Shown: positions 43,695 to 52,934 of the stretch, piece after piece | Numbering within the stretch: position 1 is the stretch's first letter | Layout of the letters: each line of letters opens with the position of its first letter | DNA from: a bacterium | GTDB lineage: Bacteria; Verrucomicrobiota; Verrucomicrobiia; Limisphaerales; UBA8199 | Direction of reading: 5' to 3' | Assembly (NCBI GenBank): GCA_021784555.1 | Contig: JAJYHY010000001.1 | Span: 14,167-78,166 of the forward strand | DNA length: 64,000 nt | The notes under the pieces: generated by a model | What the model was told of the DNA's origin: nothing | Databases searched by the model: none | The model's input: only the letters and a program-made list of their open reading frames with translations | Made by a program: the position numbers and the translations under genes

Positions 43695-45530
43695 TCAGGC
43701 GGCCGCTACTTTAATCATGCGGTTTTGGGCGGCGCGTTTGCGCTGGGTCTCGTTGAGGATGCGCTTGCGCAAGCGGAGGTGCTTGGGGGTGGCCTCGACG
43801 TATTCATCCGGCCCGATGTACTCGAGGGCGCGTTCGAGGGAGAGGCGCAGAGGCGGCTCCAACTGGATGCCCTTGCCTTCGCCCTGGGAGCGCATATTGG
43901 TCAGGTGCTTGACTTTGCAGGGGTTGACGGGAATATCGTTTTCGCGGGCGTTCTCTCCCACAATCATGCCCTGGTAAATTCTGTCGCCCGGTTCCACCAT
44001 GAGCCGTCCCCGTTCCTGGATCATGTTCAGCGCATAGGCGGTCGCTTCACCGTCTTCCATGCTGACCAGAGAGCCGTTCTTGCGGGCGGCAATTTCGCCG
44101 CGGTCCGGCCCGTATTCGTGGAAGAGGTGGCTCATGACGCCCAGGCCGCGGGTTTGGTTGACGAGGTCGGTTTCAAAGCCGATGAGGCCCCGCATGGGCA
44201 AGAGGGCCTCGATACTGACCTGGTCGCCGTGGTGGTTCATGTCGGTGATGTCGGCCTTGCGGCCCGCAAGATTTTCGAGGACGGCGCCCATGCTGTCCTT
44301 GGGGATTTCCAGGAAGAGCCGTTCGATCGGTTCCATGAAGTTGCCCAGGTCGTCCTTGCGGTAGATGACTTCGGGGCGGGAGACGAGCACTTCGTAGCCT
44401 TCGCGCCGCATCTGCTCGACCAAAATGGCAATCTGCATTTCGCCTCGTCCGCTCACGTTGAAGATGTTCGGCGCCTCCGTTTGCTCGATGCGAAGAGCGA
44501 CATTGGTCCGAACTTCCTTAACCAGGCGTTCCCATATATGGCGCGCGGTCACGAGCCGGCCCTCCTGGCCGCCGAGCGGCCCGTCATTGACGGCGAACTG
44601 CATCTGGATGGTGGGCGGGTCGATGGGCACGAAAGGGAGCGGTTGGCGGTCCGGTTGGTCGGTGATGGTTTCGCCGATAAACACATCGTCAAAGCCGGTC
44701 AGTCCCACGACGTCGCCGGCATGGGCTTCGGGAATCTGGATTCGCTTGAGGCCCTCGAAATGGAAAATCGCGGTAATTTTTCCGGCGCTCGTGTGGCCAT
44801 CACCGTGGATGCTGGCGGCCGTGTCGCCGACCTGTACCTTGCCGCTGTGTATCTTGCCGAAGGCAATTCGGCCCAGGTAATCCGAATAGTCCAGGTTGGC
44901 GACCAGGAGTTTGAATTCCTCGCCGGCATGAGCGCGCGGGGGAGGGATTTGGTTAATAATCACGTCAAAGAGGGGTCCCATCGAACGGCTGGGCTGCTTG
45001 AGGTCGGTGGTCGCATAACCGTCCTTGGCGCTGGCATAGATGACGGGGAAATCCAGTTGCTCATCGGTCGCGTGCAGGGAGACGAACAGGTCCCAGACCT
45101 GGTCGAGCACCTTGTGGGGATTGGCGTTTTCCCGGTCGATCTTGTTGATGACAACGACCGGTTTGGCGCCAGCCTCCAGGGCTTTGCGCAGAACGAAGCG
45201 GGTTTGCGCCTGGGGCCCATCCGCCGCATCCACCACCAAGAGCACGCCGTCAATCATGTTCATGATCCGCTCCACTTCGCCCCCGAAATCGGCATGGCCC
45301 GGCGTATCCACGATATTGATGTGAAAATCCTTGTATTTGAAGGCGGCGTTTTTGGCCTTGATGGTGATGCCCTTCTCCCGCTCCAGGTCCATCGAGTCCA
45401 TAATCCGCTCCTCGGCGGCGATGGCCTGATTGGCGCGGAACGTCCCGGACTGCTTCAATAAGCAATCCACGAGCGTCGTCTTGCCATGATCGACGTGGGC
45501 GATAATGGCGATGTTGCGTATATGCTGCAT
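43695..45530 (-). CDS. typA: Translational GTPase TypA/BipA
   Basis: [41 protein letters not shown], and a full-length BipA-like C-terminus. Confidence 0.97.
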   Translation of the reverse strand: MQHIRNIAIIAHVDHGKTTLVDCLLKQSGTFRANQAIAAEERIMDSMDLEREKGITIKAKNAAFKYKDFHINIVDTPGHADFGGEVERIMNMIDGVLLVVDAADGPQAQTRFVLRKALEAGAKPVVVINKIDRENANPHKVLDQVWDLFVSLHATDEQLDFPVIYASAKDGYATTDLKQPSRSMGPLFDVIINQIPPPRAHAGEEFKLLVANLDYSDYLGRIAFGKIHSGKVQVGDTAASIHGDGHTSAGKITAIFHFEGLKRIQIPEAHAGDVVGLTGFDDVFIGETITDQPDRQPLPFVPIDPPTIQMQFAVNDGPLGGQEGRLVTARHIWERLVKEVRTNVALRIEQTEAPNIFNVSGRGEMQIAILVEQMRREGYEVLVSRPEVIYRKDDLGNFMEPIERLFLEIPKDSMGAVLENLAGRKADITDMNHHGDQVSIEALLPMRGLIGFETDLVNQTRGLGVMSHLFHEYGPDRGEIAARKNGSLVSMEDGEATAYALNMIQERGRLMVEPGDRIYQGMIVGENARENDIPVNPCKVKHLTNMRSQGEGKGIQLEPPLRLSLERALEYIGPDEYVEATPKHLRLRKRILNETQRKRAAQNRMIKVAAA

Positions 45531-45692
45531 GTCTAACTGATTCTGGCTCGATAGCCGCGGTGGCAAGGAAATCTCCCCCGTTTGCGAATCGAACCGGGCA
45601 ATGTGCCTTGAACCGCGAAAAAAGCAAGGCCGGAAGAAGAGGCCGCGTCGCGTAACAATCCAACCGTCCGATCCGGCGAAGAGGCTGCCCAG

Positions 45693-46694
45693 CTATTTAA
45701 TCGCGGCGGCATTGAAGCTCTTCAGCGGCTCCCCGCCGGTGGCGACGTTTGCCTTATCGAAGAAGCGCGAGTGGAGGGCGATGTCCTTGGGGACCTTTTT
45801 CCCGGCAAGGATCTTTAGGGCGGCGTCGATAGCCTCGGCCCCGCCGGTTGGATACTGGAATGTCGCATCGAGGATTCCCTGTTTGACCCAGCCAATGCCC
45901 TCCTGGGGTAAAGCATCAATCCCGACAAACAGTATTTGCTTGGCGCGTCCCGCGGCCTGGGCCGCCAGATAAGCCCCGTGCGCCCCATCGTCGTTGTGCG
46001 AGAAGACACAGTCAATTTTGGGGAAACGGGCCAGGGCCGACTCCATTTCCTGCCTGGCATTCGGCTCCAGCCATTGCATATCAGCCACAAAGATGACCTT
46101 GATGCCAGTGCCGGCAATCGCTTCCCGGAAGCCAGCGTGGCGGTCTTGTCCAGGGGTCGAGGTCATCAGGCCCTCGAGTTCGACGACATTGCCTTGGCCG
46201 CCCAGCTTCTGGACAATCCACTCGCCGGCGGCGCGGCCAATTTCCTTGTTATTCGCGCCAATGAAGCAAGTGAACTTGTCTCCCAGCAGCCGCCGATCCA
46301 AGACAATGACTGGAATCCCCGCGTCCATTGCGCGTGCCACCGGCTCCGTCAGGGGGGCCGCCTCTTTGGGGCTGATGATGAGCAAATCGACGCCGGCGCT
46401 GACGAACTCCTCGACATCCGCGCGCTGCTGGAGGGTGTCGTTTTGGGCGTCTTTGAAAATCACGTGGAGGTTGGGATGCTTGGCCGCCGCGGCCTTGATA
46501 TCGGCGTTCATCTGCACGCGCCACGGCTCGCCCAGGTTGCACTGGCTCATCCCGATGGTATAGACCGCTTTGGCCCCTTTCTTCGCCGACGCGGGAGTTG
46601 CCGGTTCGGATTTGCCGCAGCCGGAAAGGAGCATGCCGAGGGCGAAGAGACCGCCCGGGAGGGCAAAGCTGAGAAAATTCTTGAATGTCCGCAT
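45693..46694 (-). CDS. Sugar-binding periplasmic protein (RbsB/LacI-type fold) lipoprotein
   Basis: Lipobox LLSGCG. IGMSQCNLGEPWRVQMN...DAQNDTLQQRADVEEFVSAGVDLLIISP is typical of ABC sugar-binding proteins. No permease or ATPase gene is adjacent. Confidence 0.8.
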   Translation of the reverse strand: MRTFKNFLSFALPGGLFALGMLLSGCGKSEPATPASAKKGAKAVYTIGMSQCNLGEPWRVQMNADIKAAAAKHPNLHVIFKDAQNDTLQQRADVEEFVSAGVDLLIISPKEAAPLTEPVARAMDAGIPVIVLDRRLLGDKFTCFIGANNKEIGRAAGEWIVQKLGGQGNVVELEGLMTSTPGQDRHAGFREAIAGTGIKVIFVADMQWLEPNARQEMESALARFPKIDCVFSHNDDGAHGAYLAAQAAGRAKQILFVGIDALPQEGIGWVKQGILDATFQYPTGGAEAIDAALKILAGKKVPKDIALHSRFFDKANVATGGEPLKSFNAAAIK

Positions 46695-46749
46695 AATTGG
46701 ATGATGTCATAGTCAGTTGCGGTGCGGTTGGAAAGTGGATTCTTCGGGG

Positions 46750-46858
46750 GTGTGATTAAATGTGTCGGGCACGGACGGCGCCGGGGTCAGTCCTGCACCT
46801 TTTTCCGCCACTTCCCTTCCCTCACCGCGGAAAAAGTGAGGACTGACCCCGCGCCCTC
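46750..46858. repeat. 110-bp hairpin repeat element, copy 2 (inverted relative to copy 1)
   Basis: Arms gcgccggggtcagtcct (46778-46794) and aggactgaccccgcgc (46839-46854). The flank gtgtgattaaatgtgtcgggcac matches the reverse complement of 2265-2287. Confidence 0.8.
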
Positions 46859-46918
46859 GGGGCCTGATTGACTTAAGCGGGAGATCCATTAGGGTTTTGG
46901 GCAACATCGGGATTAAAA

Positions 46919-48160
46919 GTGTTATTTGCGGCTTCCCACCAGGCAGATTCCGCCTCGCGCGTCGTCATTACCGGCGCGGGAATTATCACCGCTTACGGAT
47001 TGGGTTGGAAAGTCAATGCGGCAGGTTTTCGGGCGGGGCGGGTGGCGTTCAGGCCGGTCTCGCTGTTTGATGTTAGCCGGCAGAGGGCGAAGGTCGCGGG
47101 CGAAGTGGAGCTCCCCGGGACGCTGCCCCAAACCGCGTTGAGTCCGCGCCATCTCCGGCGCATGGAGCGCGGCGCCAAGATGTTGCTGCTGGCCGCCGAA
47201 GAGGCCTGGCGCCAGTCTGGCTGGGCGCCTTCGGAGAATCTGCCGGTTGTGCTCGGCACCACCAGCGCCGGGATGAGTCTGGGGGAGGATTTCTATCGCC
47301 AGGCAATTCAGAGTCCGGACTCGCAACGGCGCCAGGCCACGCGCATCCTGCATTACCAGGCTCAACGCCAGGCGCTCAATCTTGCCGACGCCTTCGGGTT
47401 TGCCGGTCCCATCACCATTATCGCCAACGCCTGCGCCTCCGGCGCCAACGCCATCGGCCATGCCTGGGAGCTTCTTCGGCGTGGGCGCGCCCAACGCGTT
47501 CTCACCGGCGGGTACGATGCCCTGAGCCAGCTCGTTTTCTCCGGGTTCGATTCACTCCAAATTCTTTCCACCACGCAATGCCGTCCCTTCGACGCCGACC
47601 GCGACGGCCTCACCCTGGGCGAAGGGGCGGCCGTGCTGGCATTGGAGAGCCTTGAGCACGCGAGGCGGCGCGGCGCTGAGATTTTGGGCGAGATTCTCGG
47701 CTACGGCGCTGGCACCGATGGACATCACTTGACGCAGCCCCATCCGGATGGCGAGGCCGCCGTCGCCTCGATGGCCGCCGCCTGCCGGCAAGCCAGGGTT
47801 GGCCCGGAGCAAATCGATTATCTCAACGCGCACGGCACGGGCACGCCCCTGAACGACCATTCCGAGGCCGTGGCTATCAATCGCTGGGCGGGCCAGCACG
47901 CCGCTTCATTGCCGGTGAGCTCCGTCAAGTCGGGCATCGGCCATCTCCTGGGCGGCGCTGGAGCCGCTGAGGCGGTCGCCTGCCTGATGGCGCTACGGGA
48001 AGGGTGGCTGCCGCCAACCGCGAACTTGCGGACCCCTGAACCGGCTTGTGCCTTTGAACTGGTCCGGCGGCCGCGTGAGGCGCTTCTCCAGTGTGCGCTG
48101 AGCAATTCGTTTGGCTTTGGCGGGGCCAACGCCACCTTGATTCTGCGGAGGTGGTCCTGA
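46919..48160 (+). CDS. Beta-ketoacyl-ACP synthase II-like (KS, catalytically complete)
   Basis: Active-site IIANACASGANAIG, HLTQPH and NAHGTGTPLND histidines, and SNSFGFGGANATL. GTG start at 46919. Confidence 0.9.
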   Translation: MLFAASHQADSASRVVITGAGIITAYGLGWKVNAAGFRAGRVAFRPVSLFDVSRQRAKVAGEVELPGTLPQTALSPRHLRRMERGAKMLLLAAEEAWRQSGWAPSENLPVVLGTTSAGMSLGEDFYRQAIQSPDSQRRQATRILHYQAQRQALNLADAFGFAGPITIIANACASGANAIGHAWELLRRGRAQRVLTGGYDALSQLVFSGFDSLQILSTTQCRPFDADRDGLTLGEGAAVLALESLEHARRRGAEILGEILGYGAGTDGHHLTQPHPDGEAAVASMAAACRQARVGPEQIDYLNAHGTGTPLNDHSEAVAINRWAGQHAASLPVSSVKSGIGHLLGGAGAAEAVACLMALREGWLPPTANLRTPEPACAFELVRRPREALLQCALSNSFGFGGANATLILRRWS

Positions 48161-49182
48161 ACAAGGTCCTGATCAGCGGCTGTGGAGTAGTCTCACCCGC
48201 CGGGTGGGGTATGCCTGCTTTTCGTGATGCCCTGGCGGCGGGCCGTCCCGTACCGGAGAAGGACCTTATGCGCCCGGGCTGGAAGCGCGCCTTGCACGTC
48301 CGCCCTGCCGCCCCACCCGTACCGCGCCCCTTCTTCTTGGCTCAGCCCAGATTACGCCGCGCCAGCCCCGTCTCGCAATATGCCGTCGCGGCAGCCCTGG
48401 AAGCTTTGGGGGACGCGGCTCCACTCTATAAGAAGGGAGGATTGCGCCTCGGTCTGATTGTGTGCGCCATGTGCGGTTGCGTGAACTATTCGCGACGGTT
48501 CCTGGATGAGACGTTGAAGGACCCCGCTGTCGCCAGTCCGCTCCTCTTTCCGGAGACGGTGCTCAACGCGCCCGCCAGCCACCTGGCCGCGTTCCTTCAT
48601 ACAAGCACCCCCTACTATAGCCTGGTCGGCGACCCCAGCGTCTTTCTCCAGGGCCTGGCGATGGCCGCCGATTGGCTCCTGGATGGCCAGGCAGACGGTT
48701 GCCTGGTTATAGGAACCGAAGAGATGGATTGGCTGGCCGCCAGCGCAGCCTGGCTGTTTGACCGGAACATCATTTTGAGCGAAGGGGCCGGCGCGCTCTA
48801 TCTGCGCCTCGCAGCCCCCCAGGACCACGGAGTCTTTCTCCACGCGGTAACCGACGCGCACCTTTTCACCCAGCGCCAGAGCCGGGCGCGAGCGGCTCAA
48901 CTCGCCCGCGCGGACCTTGCCCCGGCGCAACCGGATGAATTGCTTTGCGACGGCCTTCAAGGCGCCCGGCGAACGGACCTTGATGAGGCCAGCGCCTGGA
49001 ACGAATGGACTGGCCCACGCCTTTCCGTCAAGCGGATTCTGGGCGAAGGGCTGGCCGCCGCCGCCGCCTGGCAATGTGTGGCGGCTGTCGATTCCTTGGC
49101 GGCAAACAGGTTCCCCGCCGCGACGGTCAGCGTGGTCGGCTGCAATCAACAGGCCATTGCGGCACAATTCCAGCGCCGGTAG
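48151..49182 (+). CDS. KS-like partner lacking the active-site Cys and His residues (chain-length-factor-like)
   Basis: KS N-terminal pattern VLISGCGVVSPAGWG. The position aligned to ACASG reads GDPSVF, and there are no HGTGT-type motifs. GTG 48151 overlaps the KS 3' end by 10 nt. Confidence 0.75.
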   Translation: MVLNKVLISGCGVVSPAGWGMPAFRDALAAGRPVPEKDLMRPGWKRALHVRPAAPPVPRPFFLAQPRLRRASPVSQYAVAAALEALGDAAPLYKKGGLRLGLIVCAMCGCVNYSRRFLDETLKDPAVASPLLFPETVLNAPASHLAAFLHTSTPYYSLVGDPSVFLQGLAMAADWLLDGQADGCLVIGTEEMDWLAASAAWLFDRNIILSEGAGALYLRLAAPQDHGVFLHAVTDAHLFTQRQSRARAAQLARADLAPAQPDELLCDGLQGARRTDLDEASAWNEWTGPRLSVKRILGEGLAAAAAWQCVAAVDSLAANRFPAATVSVVGCNQQAIAAQFQRR

Positions 49183-49260
49183 TAGAATTTCTAGCTTGTC
49201 CTGAGAGCAATTACGTTACACGTTTTTCGGAATCAAAGCTGACAATGGCATTTTTTTGGC

Positions 49261-49539
49261 ATGACTGACGCAAACACTCTTAACGACGAAATCAAGACCA
49301 TGCTCGTCGAGAACCTGATGCTCCAGGTGGCGGCGAGCGAGATCACGGACGATTTGCCCTTGTTCGGCCCTGAGGGCCTTGGACTCGACTCGGTCGATGC
49401 CCTCCAATTGGTGGTGGCTCTGGACAAGAACTACGGCGTGAAAATCCCCGACCCGGCCGCCGCGCGCGAAGTCCTGCGCAGCGTCAATACCATGGCGCGA
49501 GCCGTGCGGCAGAAGCAGGCGGACACCACCGCCGCCTGA
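49261..49539 (+). CDS. Acyl carrier protein
   Basis: LGLDSVDALQLVVALDKNYG contains the DS(V/L)D phosphopantetheine attachment motif. 92 aa. Confidence 0.88.
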   Translation: MTDANTLNDEIKTMLVENLMLQVAASEITDDLPLFGPEGLGLDSVDALQLVVALDKNYGVKIPDPAAAREVLRSVNTMARAVRQKQADTTAA

Positions 49540-49774
49540 ACTCCCACAGCCATTCACAAGGCCAATTCTTTAACCCCAGCGGCGTGGCCTGTTCATAGCA
49601 CAAGACGGCCCCGTCCCCGCAGGGTGTGGCTTCGGTTGCTATTACAAGGTGAAACAAACCATCCTCCTGCCGTGTAATTGATTGAGGTATGAGAATAGGC
49701 GGCCGCCATGAAAGAGCTTTGCTTTCAGTGCAACTGTGGATATAGACTAGGCCCCGAGCCGTTGCTGTCCGATC

Positions 49775-50326
49775 ATGACAGACCCACAACAGTTCGAGGC
49801 GTTCATGCGTAACTACCAGAACATGGTATTTAGCACCGCTATGCGTTTGCTTGCCAACCAGACCGAAGCTGAAGACATCTCCCAGGAAGTGTTCCTGAAG
49901 GCCTACGAACGCTTCGACCAACTCTCTGCCAGCCCGACCGCCGGCGGATGGCTCAAGACGGTCGCCACCAACCTCAGCCTCAACCACTTAACACGATACC
50001 GCTCACGCTGGAGCTTCTTTTCCGAGCTCTCTGGCGGCGCGGAGGGCGACGAGGAGAGGGAACTGCCGTTCGCGGCGCCGGAGAACCTGGAAGACGAATT
50101 GGCTCGCGCCGACCGCAACAAGCTGGTGGAGGAGGCCCTGCAGAAGCTCCCGCCAGCCCAGCGGGTTCCGCTGGTGCTTTTTCATCTGGAAGGACTTAGC
50201 TACGAAGAAATCGCCCGCAAACTCCACGTCTCCCTTGGCAAAGTAAAGACCGACATTTTCCGCGGGCGCGAGGCGCTGCGCAAGAGACTGCTGCCGCGCC
50301 TGGCGGAGGAAGTCCATGTGTCCTGA
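49775..50326 (+). CDS. ECF-type RNA polymerase sigma-70 factor
   Basis: Region 2 AEDISQEVFLKAYERFDQL and region 4 VLFHLEGLSYEEIARKLHVSLGKVKTDIFRGREALRKRL. Confidence 0.92.
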   Translation: MTDPQQFEAFMRNYQNMVFSTAMRLLANQTEAEDISQEVFLKAYERFDQLSASPTAGGWLKTVATNLSLNHLTRYRSRWSFFSELSGGAEGDEERELPFAAPENLEDELARADRNKLVEEALQKLPPAQRVPLVLFHLEGLSYEEIARKLHVSLGKVKTDIFRGREALRKRLLPRLAEEVHVS

Positions 50327-50792
50327 GCAAATGAAACCCGGCTACGAAGAACTCGAAGCAAGAATCGACCGGATGGTCAAAAGCCTGCCGGAGTTGGAGG
50401 CGCCGGCGACGCTCCACAGTCGCGTTATGAGGGCCATTGAGCGCCGCGCGGCGAGGCCCTGGTATCGATTGCCTTGGCAGGCCTGGCGGCTGGAATGGCG
50501 CATGGCGTCACTGGCGCTCTTGCTCTGCGCCTTTGGCGGGCTTTGCTTCGGGGGTTGGGAATTGAGCAGGGCTGCCGGTGTTGCGACGGCGTCCGCGAAA
50601 GTGGGGCATGTGGTTTCCGGGTTCAGCCTCCTATGGAACGTGCTCGCGGCCCTTGGGAATGCCGGATGCCTGGTCATCAAGCACTTCGGCACACCAGTGA
50701 TTCTAGCCAGCATCGTCCTAATTGGCTTTGGCTACGCCCTTTGCCTTGGCCTGGGGACCCTCTATTTCCGGCTTGCCCTTGCGCGGCGTTAA
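50316..50792 (+). CDS. Putative membrane anti-sigma factor
   Basis: Overlaps the sigma gene by 11 nt. Short cytoplasmic N-terminus followed by TM segments (ASLALLLCAFGGLCFGGW, VILASIVLIGFGYALCLGLGTLYF). Confidence 0.6.
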   Translation: MCPEQMKPGYEELEARIDRMVKSLPELEAPATLHSRVMRAIERRAARPWYRLPWQAWRLEWRMASLALLLCAFGGLCFGGWELSRAAGVATASAKVGHVVSGFSLLWNVLAALGNAGCLVIKHFGTPVILASIVLIGFGYALCLGLGTLYFRLALARR

Positions 50793-50856
50793 CGAACCTG
50801 ACTCTCTATGAGAACTAACACGCAATCCAAGCGCGCAACGCTGGAAGAGTCGAGAC

Positions 50857-51024
50857 GGAGTGGCGGAGTGGCGGAGTGGCGGAGGGATGGAAAACCCGAT
50901 GCTCCAATACTCCAACACTCCAGCACTCCAGCACCCCATTCGGCACGGAATGGTGGAGGGGTGGAGGGGTGGAGTAATGGGGAATCCAATACTCCGGTAT
51001 TCCAACACTTCAGCACTCCACCAC
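50857..51024. repeat. Two tandem 8-nt-periodic GGAG/CTCC imperfect hairpins, copy C
   Basis: GGAG at 50857, 50865, 50873 and 50881; loop aaaacccgat; CTCC at 50902, 50910, 50918 and 50926. A second unit has ggtggaggggtggaggggtggag (50953-50975) opposite ...actccggtattccaacacttcagcactccaccac (to 51024). Confidence 0.8.
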
Positions 51025-51062
51025 GCCGCTCGCCGGTGTACCAACGTTCGTTGTTTGGATGC

Positions 51063-52760
51063 ATGGGCTGGCCTTTCGCGCTGGCGGCCATCCTGAGCCT
51101 CCTGGCCGGAACGGTTTCTCGCGCCCAAACGGCGGAACTCGCCGCCTCTCTGGCGGGTTCAAGCCGAGATGGCCGGCAAACCGACGCGCGGGATAAGACA
51201 CTGGCCGAGGTTCCCGATGACGCAGCCAGTCAACCCGGAGGGGGCGCGCGTAGAGCGGCTGACCTGACGCCACCGCCAAGCACCGGGGTGCATCGCGGAG
51301 TGATTGTCAAAATCGGCCGGGCTGTGGACTTAAAGCGCGGGGACACCGCCGAAACGGTCGTGGTCATTGGCGGCTCCGCTACAATCCATGGAGAGGTGCA
51401 TGACGCCCTGGTCGTCATTGGTGGCAATGCGGAGGTGGATGGCCAGGTCGGCAACGAGGTTGTTGATATTTTGGGCGACCTTCAGGTAGGGCGGGGCGCC
51501 CAAATCCACGGCGACGCGGTGGCGGTCGGTGGGAAAATCAATGTGGCGGACGGCGCGAAGATTTGGGGGCAATTGCAGGAGATCGACTTGGCTGGCGCTG
51601 GCTTTCTCCAGATCCGCTGGCTTAAGAGCTGGGTGGCGCATTGCGCCCTGTGGCTGAGGCCGCTGGCGCCGCAGGTGCCCTGGGCCTGGGGCATCGCGTT
51701 GGGCTTTTTCATCCTTTACGCCATTATAGCCGTGCTCTTTCCGCGCCCAGTGGCGGCGTGTGTGGAGGAATTGAACCGGCGGCCCGCCACCAGTTTTCTC
51801 ATGGGGCTGCTCACGAAGCTCCTGGTGCCGCTGGTGATCGTGATCCTGGTTGTCACGGGTATTGGGGTCGTCGTTGTGCCCTTTGTCCTGGCGGCGCTGT
51901 TTCTGGGCGGGCTGCTCGGCAAGACAGCGGTGCTGGAATGGATCGGCTCGGCTATCTTGCGGCAATCAAGGCGGCCTCACAACCCTCTGCCCGCCCTGCT
52001 GCTCGGCGCGGCCGTTCTCACCTTCTTATACATGGTCCCGGTTTTGGGTTTAGTCGCGTTTGCCGTCGCCAGCCTCTGGGGCATCGGCGCGGTGGTCATG
52101 GCCGCTTTCGGCGGGATGAGGCGGGAGATGCCGGAGAAGCCCCTTGAGTTTCCGACGGGAACCGTTCCGCCGTATGATCCGGCGCCTTACTATCCGGTCG
52201 AGCCAAGTTCATCGAGCTCCTCCCTCCCCGCCCGGCCATTGGAAGTGGAGGCGGCCTCCTCTCACACGGCCCATGTTGCCAGCCCCACCATAAGTGAGCC
52301 ACCCCGGCAGGATGAAACCGAACCGCTTCCCGGACCGGCGGCGCCCGCGATGCCGTTGCCGCCGCCCATCGTCTCTGAAGCCCTGTCGTATCCGAGGGCG
52401 GGTTTCTGGGAACGCATGGGCGCCGGCTTCCTGGACGTTGTGCTGGTGAGCATCATCTCGGGCTTTGTGGGGCCATTCGGGTTTCTGTTGGCGCTGGCCT
52501 ATTTCACCGGGATGTGGGCCTGGAAAGGCACTACGATTGGCGGAGTGGTTCTGTCCTTGAAGGTGGTGCGCCAGGACGGTGAGCCGATGACCCTCCTTAT
52601 CGCCCTGGTCCGCGCCCTGGCGGCCAGCTTTTCCGTCGTGGTGCTGTTCCTGGGTTTTCTCTGGATAGCCTGGGACGAGGAGAAGCAAGGCTGGCACGAT
52701 AGAATCGCCGGAACCGTTGTTGTCCGCCTCCCACGCCCCATGTCCCTGCTCTCCGTGTGA
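51063..52760 (+). CDS. Membrane protein: signal peptide, bactofilin-like beta-helix repeats, TM region, Pro/Ser-rich linker, C-terminal RDD domain
   Basis: MGWPFALAAILSLLAGTVSRAQT. VVVIGGSATIHGEVHDALVVIGGNAEVDGQVGNEVVDILGDLQVG repeats. RDD-like GFWERMGAGFLDVVL...WDEEKQGWHDRIAGTVVV. The track start at 50808 runs through the repeat element. Confidence 0.8.
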   Translation: MGWPFALAAILSLLAGTVSRAQTAELAASLAGSSRDGRQTDARDKTLAEVPDDAASQPGGGARRAADLTPPPSTGVHRGVIVKIGRAVDLKRGDTAETVVVIGGSATIHGEVHDALVVIGGNAEVDGQVGNEVVDILGDLQVGRGAQIHGDAVAVGGKINVADGAKIWGQLQEIDLAGAGFLQIRWLKSWVAHCALWLRPLAPQVPWAWGIALGFFILYAIIAVLFPRPVAACVEELNRRPATSFLMGLLTKLLVPLVIVILVVTGIGVVVVPFVLAALFLGGLLGKTAVLEWIGSAILRQSRRPHNPLPALLLGAAVLTFLYMVPVLGLVAFAVASLWGIGAVVMAAFGGMRREMPEKPLEFPTGTVPPYDPAPYYPVEPSSSSSSLPARPLEVEAASSHTAHVASPTISEPPRQDETEPLPGPAAPAMPLPPPIVSEALSYPRAGFWERMGAGFLDVVLVSIISGFVGPFGFLLALAYFTGMWAWKGTTIGGVVLSLKVVRQDGEPMTLLIALVRALAASFSVVVLFLGFLWIAWDEEKQGWHDRIAGTVVVRLPRPMSLLSV

Positions 52761-52934
52761 CGCGGCGGATTGCCCGCGGTGGAAGCGATTCCGAACTATT
52801 TCAAGGCGTATCGCTTCTTGGTCTCGGATGAACACAAACACCCGCCCGAAGAGAACCAGCCTCTCCACCATGGCCTTGTGCTCGACCGACCTCGCGCGAC
52901 CAGGGCGTGGCGCATGGTCGCGGCAAAGCTCGGC

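Noticed and set aside
49650-49677. Possible ECF-type promoter TGAAAC-N15-CGTGTAA about 100 bp upstream of the ECF sigma gene.
   Set aside because: The AAC-to-CGT spacer is 15 nt rather than the usual 16-17, and I have no second copy (for example upstream of 51063) to support a motif. It is kept only as a weak possibility.
50808-51062. N-terminal 85-aa extension of the RDD-protein ORF (track start 50808).
   Set aside because: The extension is translated straight through the GGAG/CTCC repeat element, giving 'LQHSSTPAPH'-type text. A clean signal peptide starts at Met 51063.
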